From assembly GCA_963771885.1 (NCBI GenBank), contig CAVYVF010000023.1, positions 448,001-512,000 on the forward strand: a stretch of DNA of 64,000 nucleotides, read 5' to 3'. Each line of letters opens with the position of its first letter. Position 1 is the first letter of the stretch. Source of the DNA: Candidatus Bathyarchaeota archaeon. GTDB lineage: Archaea; Thermoproteota; Bathyarchaeia; TCS64. Position numbers and translations under genes: made by a program. This document shows positions 51,747 to 61,927 of this stretch, one piece after another. The notes beneath the pieces were generated by a model. The model saw only the letters and a list, made by a program, of their open reading frames with translations. It did no database searches and had not been told where the DNA came from.

Positions 51747-52734
51747 GCCCCTTGAAGTGCTCCCAACCGCCCTTGCCGACTGGCTTCTCCACCCCATCCT
51801 CGATGTATACGATCCTCTTTTCCTTCGTGACGACCCCGATTTCCAATAGATCGGCACCCGCGCCTCGCAGTGCCCTCTTCGCCTCCTCAACCATCCCCGG
51901 CTTGACGGTGAAGACCAGTTCGTACTCCTCGCCGCCGTAGAGGGCAAGGCAGGCGCGGTCCACGCCGATCTCCTCGGCGAACCTCTCCGCATCCATCGTC
52001 AGCGGGACGTCGGTGAGTCTAAAACCGTTCCCGCTGCTCCTCTGGAGATCGTGAAGACTTACGGCGAGTCCATCGCTCGAGTCCATACTGCTCGTGGCAG
52101 CCCCGGATTGGGCGAGAGCGATGCCCGCTTTGACGCGTGCATGGGGCATGTATACGGATTCTACAAGGCGATCCCGGAGCAGTTTCGATACCTCCATGTT
52201 CTCTAAGATTATCTTGAAGGCTGAGGTCGTGTTTCCGAAACCACCCGTCGTGGCCAGTACGTCACCGGGCTTGGATGTGCCCCTGAGGACGAGCCTCCTC
52301 TCCTCGGCAAGGCCGTATGCCATCCCTGAGATTACTATGTCGCATGCCTCATTCGTGTCGCCGCCAACCATGTAGCCGCCGTACTCCCGGGCGCCGGCCT
52401 CGAAGCCGCGGGCGATGTCTTCGACCCAGTCGGCTGGGGTTGTATCGGGGGCACCTAGGGCTGCGAGGAATGCTTGGGGCTGGACGCCCTTTGAGCCGAG
52501 GTCGCTAAAGTTCATCACCACCGCTTTGCGCCCCGCTTGGAAGGGGGTCATGCCCTTGGGTATGTCGGTCTTCCAGACGAGCATATCCGTCTTGAGGACG
52601 ACGCAGCGCCCGTCGCCGAGGCTTATCGCGTTTACATCGTCCCAGTTGGGCACGGGCATCCCCGGCATGATCGTAAGGTGTTTCATTATACGGCTGATGA
52701 GCTCCCGCTCCCCGACTTCGGCTATGGTCGCCAC
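51739..52734 (-). CDS. thiL: thiamine-monophosphate kinase
   Basis: GERELI, DD, KTDML, NFSDL, GGDT, MDSSDGL, GGEEYELVFT, GWEHF. Confidence 0.93.
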   Translation of the reverse strand: MATIAEVGERELISRIMKHLTIMPGMPVPNWDDVNAISLGDGRCVVLKTDMLVWKTDIPKGMTPFQAGRKAVVMNFSDLGSKGVQPQAFLAALGAPDTTPADWVEDIARGFEAGAREYGGYMVGGDTNEACDIVISGMAYGLAEERRLVLRGTSKPGDVLATTGGFGNTTSAFKIILENMEVSKLLRDRLVESVYMPHARVKAGIALAQSGAATSSMDSSDGLAVSLHDLQRSSGNGFRLTDVPLTMDAERFAEEIGVDRACLALYGGEEYELVFTVKPGMVEEAKRALRGAGADLLEIGVVTKEKRIVYIEDGVEKPVGKGGWEHFKGLK

Positions 52735-52833
52735 GTCTAAGGCTAATGACTATGCCATTATAAGCATCTGCCCGCGCTAATTGTTCTATAAACCTTAAAC
52801 CAGATCTAAGGGTTATCATGATCAGAGGTCAGC

Positions 52834-53901
52834 ATGGTCCTCGGACTTCAATACCTGGAAAACACCATTCTCTTAGGCGGAATGGTCGTCATCGTCGCCT
52901 TAGCGTTCGACCACATGCTGAACCACGCTGGCATCCCCGCCTTCGTCAACAGGATACCCGTCATGCTCGGCGCATTTTCGGTCAGCGCCGTGTCGATGAG
53001 GCTCGTGTTCGCCGTCGCCGCGTCAGCGGGGGTGCAGCTGCTCGACTGGGGCAGCATGCAGGGCTGGATCTACAACAATAAGGAGAACACGCAGCTCGTG
53101 AACTTCTTCCTAGCTGATAACCCTGCGCTCTGCATAGGGTTGATCCTGTTCACATTCGCCGCCTCTATGGTGCTCGGGGGACTGGGCGGTTGGCTACTGG
53201 CTAGGGTCGCCATTGGGTTAAGCCCCGCCTTGATGCTAATGGTGACACTTAGCTTAACCGACCTGGGTTGCATCTTCGGGAGGAACGTCACATGGTTAAG
53301 CGCCGGCACTCTGGGGCTTTTCGTGCCTGACTTTCTCGCCTTCGCACAGGGGTATCAGGGCATCTTACTCATGGGCATCACGGCCGCCGTCGTCGCCGCT
53401 ATCTACCTTCTCTTGGATAGGCTGGAGGCTTCTCCCTGGGGGCGGCTTGTCGCCGCGGTCGCAGACGACCCGGTCGCCGCGGCGAGCCTCGGGAAGGACA
53501 TATTGTCCGTGAGGGGGCAGGTCGTGTTCTTAACATCCGGTTTGATGGCTCTCGCGGGGGGGCTTTGGAGCTTTTACACTTTGTTCGTAGTCGAGTCGTC
53601 CTTCCATAACGGGTTGTGGCTCTTCTGGCCCATGATGGCCGCCATCCTCATAGGGGGATCGGGTGGCAGGTGGAGGATCATATTCGGAACAGGTGTGTTT
53701 TACTCCGTTAACTTACTCATCATATCCTTCAAGTTTGAGATACAGAACGTTTTACCCTTTCCCGTCAGCTACGTTCAGGACATTCTACTCTCACTGATCA
53801 TTCTTCTCGCCCTTACCCGGCTGCCCCGTATCATGGCTCGGCGCAGAACCATGAGCATGAGAGGCATCTGGTACGAGGACGAAGTTGGCAGCGCAGCCTG
53901 A
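52834..53901 (+). CDS. branched-chain amino acid ABC permease (LivM-like)
   Basis: SPWGRLVAAVADDPVAAASLGKD, LAGGL, ILIGGSG. Confidence 0.8.
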   Translation: MVLGLQYLENTILLGGMVVIVALAFDHMLNHAGIPAFVNRIPVMLGAFSVSAVSMRLVFAVAASAGVQLLDWGSMQGWIYNNKENTQLVNFFLADNPALCIGLILFTFAASMVLGGLGGWLLARVAIGLSPALMLMVTLSLTDLGCIFGRNVTWLSAGTLGLFVPDFLAFAQGYQGILLMGITAAVVAAIYLLLDRLEASPWGRLVAAVADDPVAAASLGKDILSVRGQVVFLTSGLMALAGGLWSFYTLFVVESSFHNGLWLFWPMMAAILIGGSGGRWRIIFGTGVFYSVNLLIISFKFEIQNVLPFPVSYVQDILLSLIILLALTRLPRIMARRRTMSMRGIWYEDEVGSAA

Positions 53902-53956
53902 AAAATATCTTATACGCCCATCCAGATGGATATAGAACCACCCGGTGAATGGCTTG

Positions 53957-55108
53957 ATGCGTAAACCCCTCGAAGACATAAGGGTCGTCGACATGACCCA
54001 CGTCTGGTTCGGCCCTTGGGCTACCATGAACCTCGCGGACATGGGCGCCGAGGTTATAAGAGTCGAGCCACCGTGGGGCGCCATAGATAGGATCAGTGAG
54101 GGCATGCTCTACGGTAGAGCCCCCTATACCTTCCACCACCTAAACCAGAACAAGAAGGACCTCACCCTAAACCTGAAGAGCCCAGAAGGTATGCGCCTCC
54201 TCAAGGAGCTCATAAAGAAGAGCGACGTTGTCGTCCAGAACATGAGCACAGGCACCATGGAGAAGCTAGGCCTCGGCTACGAGGACCTGAAGAAGCTCAA
54301 CCCAGGCATCATCTACGCGGCGCTGAGCGGCTTCGGCCAATACGGGCCCTACAAGAACAGGAACTGCTACGCCGTCTTCGCGGAGGCGATGAGCGGCCAC
54401 ACACGTATGACGGGGGACGGTGTCGACCCAGAGGGTCCGCCGATCGAGATGGCGATGGCTCTCGGTGATACGCTGCCGGGGAGCCTCGCCGCGATGGCGA
54501 TCCTCGGCGCAATCCGCTACCGCGACAAGACTGGCCTCGGCCAGATGATCGACGTCGCCCAACTCGACTGCATGGTCGCCGTCAACCCAGGCATAACAGG
54601 CTACTTCCTCAGCGGTTTGACTAACTGGGAGATGAGGAAGAAGTTCCCCACCGGAGGCATAGGCGGTATTTTCAAGGCTAAGGACGGCGGCTGGGTCCGC
54701 ATCGGGGCATATAGCCCGAGCGCGTTGGAGAACCTGAAGAACTTCCTCGGAGTCGAGGAGCCGACGAAGGAGGACTGCGCCAAGTACATCGCCACGAAGA
54801 ATAGGGACGAGGCGGTTACCGAATTCGTAGCCGCCGACCTCCCCTCCTCACCCATCTACCAGATCGACGAAACGGTGAAGGACCCCCACCTCGCGGCAAG
54901 GGGCATGTTCATCGAGGTCGACCACCCCCTCGCAGGGAAGTATAAGACGGTGAACAACCCCATCAAGTTCAGCCTTACCCCCGTCGAGAGGAAGACCGCG
55001 GCGCCGACGCTAGGACAACACAGCAGGGAAATTCTCACGAATGTGCTGGGGCTCACCGACGCGCAGGTAGACGAACTGATCAACGCCGGTGTCGTAGCAC
55101 CCACATAG
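53957..55108 (+). CDS. family III CoA transferase (CaiB/BaiF)
   Basis: PLEDIRVVD, LADMGAEVIRVE, NQNKK..TLNLK, SGFGQYGP, GD, APTLGQH. Confidence 0.93.
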   Translation: MRKPLEDIRVVDMTHVWFGPWATMNLADMGAEVIRVEPPWGAIDRISEGMLYGRAPYTFHHLNQNKKDLTLNLKSPEGMRLLKELIKKSDVVVQNMSTGTMEKLGLGYEDLKKLNPGIIYAALSGFGQYGPYKNRNCYAVFAEAMSGHTRMTGDGVDPEGPPIEMAMALGDTLPGSLAAMAILGAIRYRDKTGLGQMIDVAQLDCMVAVNPGITGYFLSGLTNWEMRKKFPTGGIGGIFKAKDGGWVRIGAYSPSALENLKNFLGVEEPTKEDCAKYIATKNRDEAVTEFVAADLPSSPIYQIDETVKDPHLAARGMFIEVDHPLAGKYKTVNNPIKFSLTPVERKTAAPTLGQHSREILTNVLGLTDAQVDELINAGVVAPT

Positions 55109-55153
55109 ACACCGATTTTCTTAAAAACAGGGGCTTCACCCGTATGGTGGAGT

Positions 55154-55229
55154 GGCCCGGTAGCTCAGCGGTCAGAGCGGCAGCCTCGTAAGTTGTAGGT
55201 CGCGGGTCCGAATCCCGCTCGGGCCTCCA
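55154..55229 (+). tRNA. tRNA-Thr(CGT) with encoded CCA
   Basis: Acceptor GGCCCGG/TCGGGCC-T-CCA; anticodon CGT at 55187-55189; T arm GCGGG-TCCGAAT-CCCGC. Confidence 0.9.
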
Positions 55230-55267
55230 TCTTTTAACCAACTTGCCTCCAATCAGTTTGGGCCGCG

Positions 55268-56605
55268 TTGAGCGTCACTATCGTTAATGCCAGGGTTTTC
55301 ACAGGTGGGGGACTCAGGGAAGGCACAGTCGTCGCCGAGGACGGCGTGATCACGGCGATCGGGCGGAACCCGAGCCCCGTCGGTGAAGTAATCGACGCCA
55401 GAGGAAACCTCCTACTCCCCGGGCTCGTTGACCTGCACGTCCACTTCCGCGAGCCCGGTGCGACGCAGAAAGAGGACTTCTACACAGGTGGCTGCGCCGC
55501 GGTCGCAGGTGGCGTTACCACAGTACTCGACGAACCAAACAACACACCTGTCATCGAAACCCCCCAAGCGCTCAAGCTGAAGCTTGACACGATCCGAGGC
55601 AAGTCGCTCATTGATTACGGTGTCACCGTAGCCCTCAACGACCACAACCTCGACGTCCTCACCGAGTTCGTAAGGCTGGGCGCCACGGCCTTCGCCGAGT
55701 TCGACGAGCTGGGGGACAAGCCCACAGGACTCACCAACGCCGGCGCCTTGCTCGACGCGATGAAAGCTGTCAAGGCGGTCAGCGGACTCCTACTGATGAA
55801 CTGCAGGGAGGCTGAGATCGTAGACCACGAGATGGCGAAGATACGGCGTGAGGGAAGGAAGGGCTTCAGAGACTACAACGCGTCCTTCCCACGAGTCGCA
55901 GAGTCAGCCGCCGCGGCGAAGAGGCTGATCATGGCAGAGAGCGTCGGCGTCCGCGCGCATCTCCGCGAGGTATCTACCATCGAGACTCTCCGCGTCATCG
56001 GTGCGTTAAAGGGCAATGTTACAACTGAGGCAAGGCCCGACCACCTGTTCCTAAACGATGAGGACTCTGCGCAACTCGGACCACTAGCCCAGCAGTGGAC
56101 ACCGATACGGGGAAGAAGTGATAATAACGTATTGCTCAAGGCGCTCTCAGCAGGCCTCGTTGATGCCGTAGCCTCCGACCACGCCCCGCACACCCTCGAG
56201 GAGAAGCAGCCCGGCTACCAGAACATTTGGGGCTCTCCTCCAGGCATACCAGCGGTCGAGACGATGCTCCCTCTGCTGCTCACCGAGATCAACCGGGGCA
56301 CGCTCACACTGGCGCGCCTTGTTGAAGCGTCTTCCATAACACCTGCGAGAATTCTTGGCATCCACCCGCGAAAGGGGGAGATAGCTGTCGGCTCGGACGC
56401 TGACCTCGTCATCGTTGATCTGAACGAGGAGTGGACTATCAGGGGCGAGGTGTTGCATGGGAAGACCCGCTGGACGCCCTACGAGGGGCGCAAGGTCAAG
56501 GGAAGGGTCCTTAATACAATCGTTCGGGGCATGCCCGCCTACGACCACGGCGAGGTCATCGGCAAGCCAGGTCAGGGCAGACATCTCAAACTCGAAACCC
56601 ATTAA
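55268..56605 (+). CDS. dihydroorotase/allantoinase family cyclic amidohydrolase
   Basis: PGLVDLHVHFREPG, AGGVTT, PN, ASDHAPH, TPYEG; some downstream metal-ligand His residues appear substituted. Confidence 0.85.
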   Translation: MSVTIVNARVFTGGGLREGTVVAEDGVITAIGRNPSPVGEVIDARGNLLLPGLVDLHVHFREPGATQKEDFYTGGCAAVAGGVTTVLDEPNNTPVIETPQALKLKLDTIRGKSLIDYGVTVALNDHNLDVLTEFVRLGATAFAEFDELGDKPTGLTNAGALLDAMKAVKAVSGLLLMNCREAEIVDHEMAKIRREGRKGFRDYNASFPRVAESAAAAKRLIMAESVGVRAHLREVSTIETLRVIGALKGNVTTEARPDHLFLNDEDSAQLGPLAQQWTPIRGRSDNNVLLKALSAGLVDAVASDHAPHTLEEKQPGYQNIWGSPPGIPAVETMLPLLLTEINRGTLTLARLVEASSITPARILGIHPRKGEIAVGSDADLVIVDLNEEWTIRGEVLHGKTRWTPYEGRKVKGRVLNTIVRGMPAYDHGEVIGKPGQGRHLKLETH

Positions 56606-56637
56606 ACGTGGTCTATTAAACAATAGAGTGAAGCTCC

Positions 56638-57816
56638 ATGGGCGTCGACTTGGGCATCGAACCGGTCTGGCAGTTCATAGCCCGCGCATCATCCGCGAGG
56701 GACAAGGGCGACTACCCGGAGGCGGAGTTCTACGCGAGAAAGGCAGTCTTCTCCGACCAGAGCCTCGGCGCTGCATACGTCCTCCTCTGCGAGATACTCG
56801 AAAAGGAGGGGAAGAAGGACGAGGCAGAGAGGTGCCTAAGAGCGGGCCTTGATTAATGCCCCGGAGATGTCGCACTCACAAGCATGGGGGCGCAGTTCCT
56901 CATTAGGAACGGCCGCCTCGACGACGCCGAGAGGTTCCTCCGCAACGCGATAGCAGCCGAGGCGGACGTCGCCGGCTACAGGCTCCTCCTCTCCGTCGTC
57001 CTCCAGCAGAAGGGGGACATCGAGCACGCAGAGGAAGCAGTCCGTAGGGCAATACTCCTCGACGATACGAGTGGGGACGCCTACTCGATGTACGGTGTCA
57101 TACTCTGGAAGAAGGGACTGCACGAGCAGGCTATGAAGTACGTTGCCCACGCCCTCGAGCTCAAGCCGGAGGACGCGACAATCCACCTAAACCTCGCCAT
57201 AATCATGGAGGGCGCCGGCAAGTTCGCCGACTCCGAGGGGCATTACAAGAAGGCGCTAGAGCTCCACCCCAACTGGCCCGAGGTACAGGCACGCTACGAC
57301 AAACTCAGGTACAGGCTCAACGACCCCGCGGAGACGCTCAAGAAGGCAGCCGCCATCAAGGCAACGAGCCCAGAGGAGGCCGAGGCCCTCTATAAGAAGG
57401 CGCTTGAGATGCGCGCTGACTCCCCCGATGCCCACAACGAATACGGCGTCTTCCTCTGGGAGAGGAAAAGGCTCCCAGAGTCGGAGGAGCACCTCAAGAA
57501 GGCGGCGGATCTCAAGCCTAGCTGGGTAACGCCCCAGTACAACACTGCCCTCAACCTCATCAACCAGGGCAGGCTCTCCGACGCCGAGGTATACCTGAAG
57601 CGGACACTCGGCCTCTACCCCACCTTCACCGACGGACACCTCGTCTACGCCAACACCCTCTTCAAGCTCCGCCGCCTCCCCGAGGCCGAGGAGCACTACA
57701 AGAAGGCGATCGAGCTAAAGCCCGACAACAAGAAGGCGCACGAGAACTACGCCCAGCTATTAAAGGCGCTGGGAAGGCTCCCCGAGTCCGAGGATCAGGC
57801 GAAACTCGCTCAGTAG
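56638..57816 (+). CDS. TPR-repeat protein interrupted by one in-frame TAA at 56854-56856
   Basis: ORFs 56638-56856 and 56884-57816 share a frame; repeated A..Y.KAL.L.P TPR units on both sides. Confidence 0.75.
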
Positions 57817-59009
57817 AAGGTAGGCTGCCCCTCGTAGACGAGCTTGGGGGGCTGCATCTTCGCCGTCACGGCCGGCGGGAGCACCTCGACGAGCCTATAC
57901 TTCCTTGTGCCGAGACCCAACTCCTCAGCATACTCTATCTGATCGTATGGATTCTTCATCGAGCCGAAGATGCGTTGGAACGGGTGAAGCCTTGGATCAC
58001 GGCTGAAGTCAGAGATGTAAGGGGGGATCATCTCAGTTAGGAAGGGGGCCTTGGCTATGAGGTCGAGAGTCGCCTGCTCCACGGCGCAGATGTCCCTGCT
58101 CGCCGTGACGCCGATGTCGGGGACTAACTGGGGCTGGATCATGCCGAGGCAGTTGCACTGCGGCGTCACATCCATGGCGAAGTTGAAGTAGAACCTCTTA
58201 TCGCGGTCGAAGTGGCTAAGGATCTCCTCCGTCGTGAAAGCCATGAGCCTGTTAAAGGCCTGGAAGAACTCTGGCTTGATTTCGAGGCAACCGATACCCT
58301 TGTCCACCTCGAGGCACTTGAGGCAGTTCGTGTTCGTGCATGTTCCCTCGGCGAGGCTCAGCTTGTGCTTTTTCTCATCGTACTTTAAGGCACCCTTAGG
58401 GCAGGACTTGACGAGTTCCTCGGCGTGAGCGGGGGTGCACTTCTCGGCGTCCCACCACTTAACACTGTTCTCGACGCCGTGAATCTTATGCCAACGGCTC
58501 CCCGCAACGAGTCCGCCTAATGCTAGGTTCTTGATGGCGCCACCGTACCCACTACATGCGTGCCCCTTAGCGTGGCTCACGTCAATCAGCACATCCGCGT
58601 CGCGGAGCACTCCGGCAAACCCTATGTCACCTACGCCGCCGAACTCGATGTCACGGTGATAGACGTACCTGTCCTTGATCCCCGCAATGGGAACGAGAGG
58701 GCAGCCGCAGGTCTCGCTCGTGTAGCCGCGGTCGACTGCGTTGTAGATGGCTGTGGGATTATCGGTGACGAAGGGGTAGCCTCCCACCTCCTTGACCGCC
58801 TTCACTATCTTGCGGACGAAGAAGACGGGGATGGTCTGGAAGTCATCCGCGAAGCCCAAATGCATCTTTAAGGCTACCTTGTCCCCCTTACCGATCGTGC
58901 AGAAGTCGAGCTGCTTAATCATCTCGTCGAACTTTGCGCCTAGACTGGCGAAACGCGCTGCCTGACCGTGTATCATAGAACCGTACCAGACGGTTGAAGT
59001 CTTGACCAT
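57810..59009 (-). CDS. DUF362-family Fe-S protein (second paralogue)
   Basis: VALKMHLG, GGYPFVTD, SHAKGH...GGAIKNLALG, CNC, ASRDICAVE. Confidence 0.85.
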   Translation of the reverse strand: MVKTSTVWYGSMIHGQAARFASLGAKFDEMIKQLDFCTIGKGDKVALKMHLGFADDFQTIPVFFVRKIVKAVKEVGGYPFVTDNPTAIYNAVDRGYTSETCGCPLVPIAGIKDRYVYHRDIEFGGVGDIGFAGVLRDADVLIDVSHAKGHACSGYGGAIKNLALGGLVAGSRWHKIHGVENSVKWWDAEKCTPAHAEELVKSCPKGALKYDEKKHKLSLAEGTCTNTNCLKCLEVDKGIGCLEIKPEFFQAFNRLMAFTTEEILSHFDRDKRFYFNFAMDVTPQCNCLGMIQPQLVPDIGVTASRDICAVEQATLDLIAKAPFLTEMIPPYISDFSRDPRLHPFQRIFGSMKNPYDQIEYAEELGLGTRKYRLVEVLPPAVTAKMQPPKLVYEGQPTFY

Positions 59010-59070
59010 AGAGACACCTGAAGTTAAGGAATGGACATGTCGGACCTTATTAAACGAAACCAAGTCGCTG

Positions 59071-59460
59071 CTAGACGAGCTTCAGCTCCACCCTGAAATC
59101 GGGGGTGTTCTTTATGGTGTTGCTTACGAAGCAGCGCCCCGCCTCCCTAAGCATCTCCTGCCTCTGCTCCTCAGTGAGGTCCGCCTCCATCTCAACCTCC
59201 ATGGCGATCTCGGTGGCGCGGTTCATATCCTTGCTCACCTTGGGCCTGATGTTGACGCGGACGGCGCCCACCTCCCAACCCCGTCTTTCCATCTGCTCGA
59301 CGAGGCGCGTCCCCGTACAGAGCCCTATCGCAGCGAATAGGACCTGCCCCGCTGCCATACCCGACGGGGGCGAGTCCGCTCCCTCCCGGCCCGTGACGAT
59401 CTCGAACCCACCTACGTTCGCCTTAAACTTGGTTCCCTTTACTCGTCTCAATCTTGGCAC
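59071..59460 (-). CDS. OsmC/Ohr-family protein
   Basis: AAIGLCT and RCFVSNTI two-Cys pattern. Confidence 0.8.
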   Translation of the reverse strand: MPRLRRVKGTKFKANVGGFEIVTGREGADSPPSGMAAGQVLFAAIGLCTGTRLVEQMERRGWEVGAVRVNIRPKVSKDMNRATEIAMEVEMEADLTEEQRQEMLREAGRCFVSNTIKNTPDFRVELKLV

Positions 59461-59518
59461 TCATAGCTCTACGAAAAAGTATCGGGCTGTAAGAACCTTT
59501 CCAGTCCCGCTAATCGGG

Positions 59519-60703
59519 CTATACCTTGGCGAGTGCCTGTTCGAGATCAGCTATTATATCGTCCACATCCTCGATGCCTACACTGAAGCGGACTAGGCCG
59601 TCAGTGATTCCCGCCTTTACGCGGTCCTCTTTGGGAACGACGGCGTGGGTCATCGTGGCTGGGTGGCTGATTAGGGACTCCACAGCGCCGAGGCTAACGG
59701 CAAGGCTACAAAGCCTGACGTTGTTCATAACCTTGCGACCTGCCTCTACTCCGCCCTTGAGCTCGAAGCTCATCATGCTGCCGAAGCCGTCCATCTGCCT
59801 CTTGGCAAGGGTGTGCTGCGGGTGGCTCTTGAGGCCGGGGTATTTTACCCACTCGACCTTGGGATGACCCTCCAGCCACTTTGCGATTTTCTCGGCACTC
59901 TCCGTCTGGCGCTGCATCCTGACGTGCAGCGTCTTTATGCCACGCAGGGTGAGCCACGCCTCGAAGGGGCCGAGGTTGGCGCCCATGTTCTTATACATGG
60001 GATCCATCGCCTTCAGGAACGCATTCGTGCTGACGATTGCTCCGCCGAGGACGTCGCTATGCCCGCTCAGGCTCTTCGTGATGCTGTGTACGACGACGTC
60101 AATACCATGCTCTATGGGGCGCTGTAGGTATGGGCTCATGAAGGTGTTGTCCGCCATCGTCGTGATGCTCTTCTTCTTCGCTATCTTGGCGACGGCTTTC
60201 ATGTCGGTGAGTTTCATCATCGGGTTCGACGGCGTCTCGATGTAAATGAGCTTCGTGTTCGGCTTGATAGCCTCCTCGACGGCGGCTAGGTTACTGGTGT
60301 CGACGAGCGTGCACTGAACGCCGTAACCCTTGAGTATGTCAGTGAAGACTTTGTGGGTGCCACCGTAGAGAGCATCCCCCGCCAGAATGTGATCGCCACT
60401 TTTACAGACCGCCATTGCGGCCGTGCTAATCGCCGCCATACCTGACGCGGTTACCCTACAGTCCTCGCCCCCCTCGAGATCTGCTATGCTCTCCTCGAGT
60501 GCTCGAACAGTTGGGTTGCCGAGCCTACTGTATATGTAACCCGGCTCCTTCCCCTGAAACCTCGCGGCCCCCTGCTCAGCATTCTTGAACACGAAGGTGC
60601 TCGAAGCGTAGATAGGGACCGAGACCGCCCCCGTCGCGGGGTCAGGGTGCTGCCCTGCGTGTACGGCTCTAGTAGCGAACTTATCCTTTGACCATACCAA
60701 CAC
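59519..60703 (-). CDS. methionine gamma-lyase / cystathionine gamma-lyase family
   Basis: YSRLGNPT, ASGMAAI, YGGT, ETPSNP, DNTF, HSITKSLSGH, AVSLG.VESL, RFSVGIE. Confidence 0.93.
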   Translation of the reverse strand: MLVWSKDKFATRAVHAGQHPDPATGAVSVPIYASSTFVFKNAEQGAARFQGKEPGYIYSRLGNPTVRALEESIADLEGGEDCRVTASGMAAISTAAMAVCKSGDHILAGDALYGGTHKVFTDILKGYGVQCTLVDTSNLAAVEEAIKPNTKLIYIETPSNPMMKLTDMKAVAKIAKKKSITTMADNTFMSPYLQRPIEHGIDVVVHSITKSLSGHSDVLGGAIVSTNAFLKAMDPMYKNMGANLGPFEAWLTLRGIKTLHVRMQRQTESAEKIAKWLEGHPKVEWVKYPGLKSHPQHTLAKRQMDGFGSMMSFELKGGVEAGRKVMNNVRLCSLAVSLGAVESLISHPATMTHAVVPKEDRVKAGITDGLVRFSVGIEDVDDIIADLEQALAKV

Positions 60704-60810
60704 TACCTAGATTCCTATAGTAACTCGATTATCCTTCAGATAACGGCTTCTAAAAATTTGATGCTTGACACACTCTTATACGGGCAAGGTCAGATGAAAA
60801 TGGGATCGGT

Positions 60811-61354
60811 ATGAAGGTTCTCGGCATCGTAGGCGGTTCAAAGGGTAACGGCAACACAGTCAAGCTAGTGGAGGAGGTGCTCGCCGGGGCGCGTGAGGCG
60901 GGGCACGAGACCATCCTCTTCAAGTTGGCGGAGATGAGAATCGGCCACATCGGAGACAGGGGCGGCGAGGTCACCTTCCCCAAGGACGACTTCAATGATA
61001 TAATGCCCCACATTGAGTCGATGGGTGCACTCGTCCTAGGAGCGCCCAATCTGGTTCAGCACAGTCGACTCACGCACCCACGCCTTCATCCAACGCCTCT
61101 ACTACTATAGCAGCTACTACAGCGAAGAGAACAGAAAGAAGTGGCCAGCTGGCGCCAAGGCGGTCAACGTCATCACATACGGCTGGGACGACCCTCACAT
61201 CTACGATGGCGTACTCGAGTGGCTCAAGGACATGGAGAAGGGTTACGGTATGAAAAACATCCAGGGCATAGCCGCCGAGAACACCGGCGAGAAACCTGTA
61301 GAAACCCGCATTGCCCTCCTCAAGAAGGCACATGACGCAGGAAAAAAACTCTGA
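60811..61354 (+). CDS. flavodoxin-like NAD(P)H-dependent FMN reductase; frameshift near 61048
   Basis: VLGIVGG...GNT..LVEEVL.GA, LVLGAP; the shifted frame continues IWFSTVDSRTHAFIQRLY...KAHDAGKKL-TGA. Confidence 0.8.
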
Positions 61355-61363
61355 AAAGAATAA

Positions 61364-61756
61364 TTAGACTGTCTTTACCTCGTAGCTGAACCGCGGGTAG
61401 CCGCGCATCGTGTTTCCTACGTAGCACCGCCTGACCTCGGTGAGAAGCCCCTCAATCTGCTTCTGGTCCAGTTTTGCTCCAACCTTCAGGGTGATGAGGA
61501 ACCCTGCCGCTCTGCTCGGCTCCTTGTCATTTGTCTCATCCACCTCTATCTCTAAGCGGGAGGCCTCTATGCTGTTCCTTTTCAGGAACCAGGCGGCGTG
61601 GAAGGCACTGCAGAGCCCCAGGCTCGCAACCATGAGCTTCCCCGGGGACATCCCCACAGGTGGGCTCTGCTCATTCAACCTACCGCTGACGACGACGTAC
61701 CCGTCCGACTCGGCACGGAACGTGTCACCTTCGGTGCGCACTATCTTGACTGTCAT
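61364..61756 (-). CDS. OsmC/Ohr-family protein (second paralogue)
   Basis: GMSPGKLMVASLGLCS and RCYVGNTM; real start MTVKIV. Confidence 0.8.
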   Translation of the reverse strand: MTVKIVRTEGDTFRAESDGYVVVSGRLNEQSPPVGMSPGKLMVASLGLCSAFHAAWFLKRNSIEASRLEIEVDETNDKEPSRAAGFLITLKVGAKLDQKQIEGLLTEVRRCYVGNTMRGYPRFSYEVKTV

Positions 61757-61849
61757 ATCGTGGACATGGGGGCGAGCCGGGATAAGTACCTTCCCGACAC
61801 GGTATAAGGTGAAACATTTATGTGGGCTTCGAGTGTTTTGTGGTGGTGT

Positions 61850-61927
61850 GCCCTGGTAGCTCAGCCTGGCCAGAGCGGCAGCCTTGTAAGCTGTAGGTCG
61901 CGGGTCCGAATCCCGCCCGGGGCTCCA
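61850..61927 (+). tRNA. tRNA-Thr(TGT) with encoded CCA
   Basis: Acceptor GCCCTGG/CCGGGGC-T-CCA; anticodon TGT at 61885-61887; T arm GCGGG-TCCGAAT-CCCGC. Confidence 0.92.
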
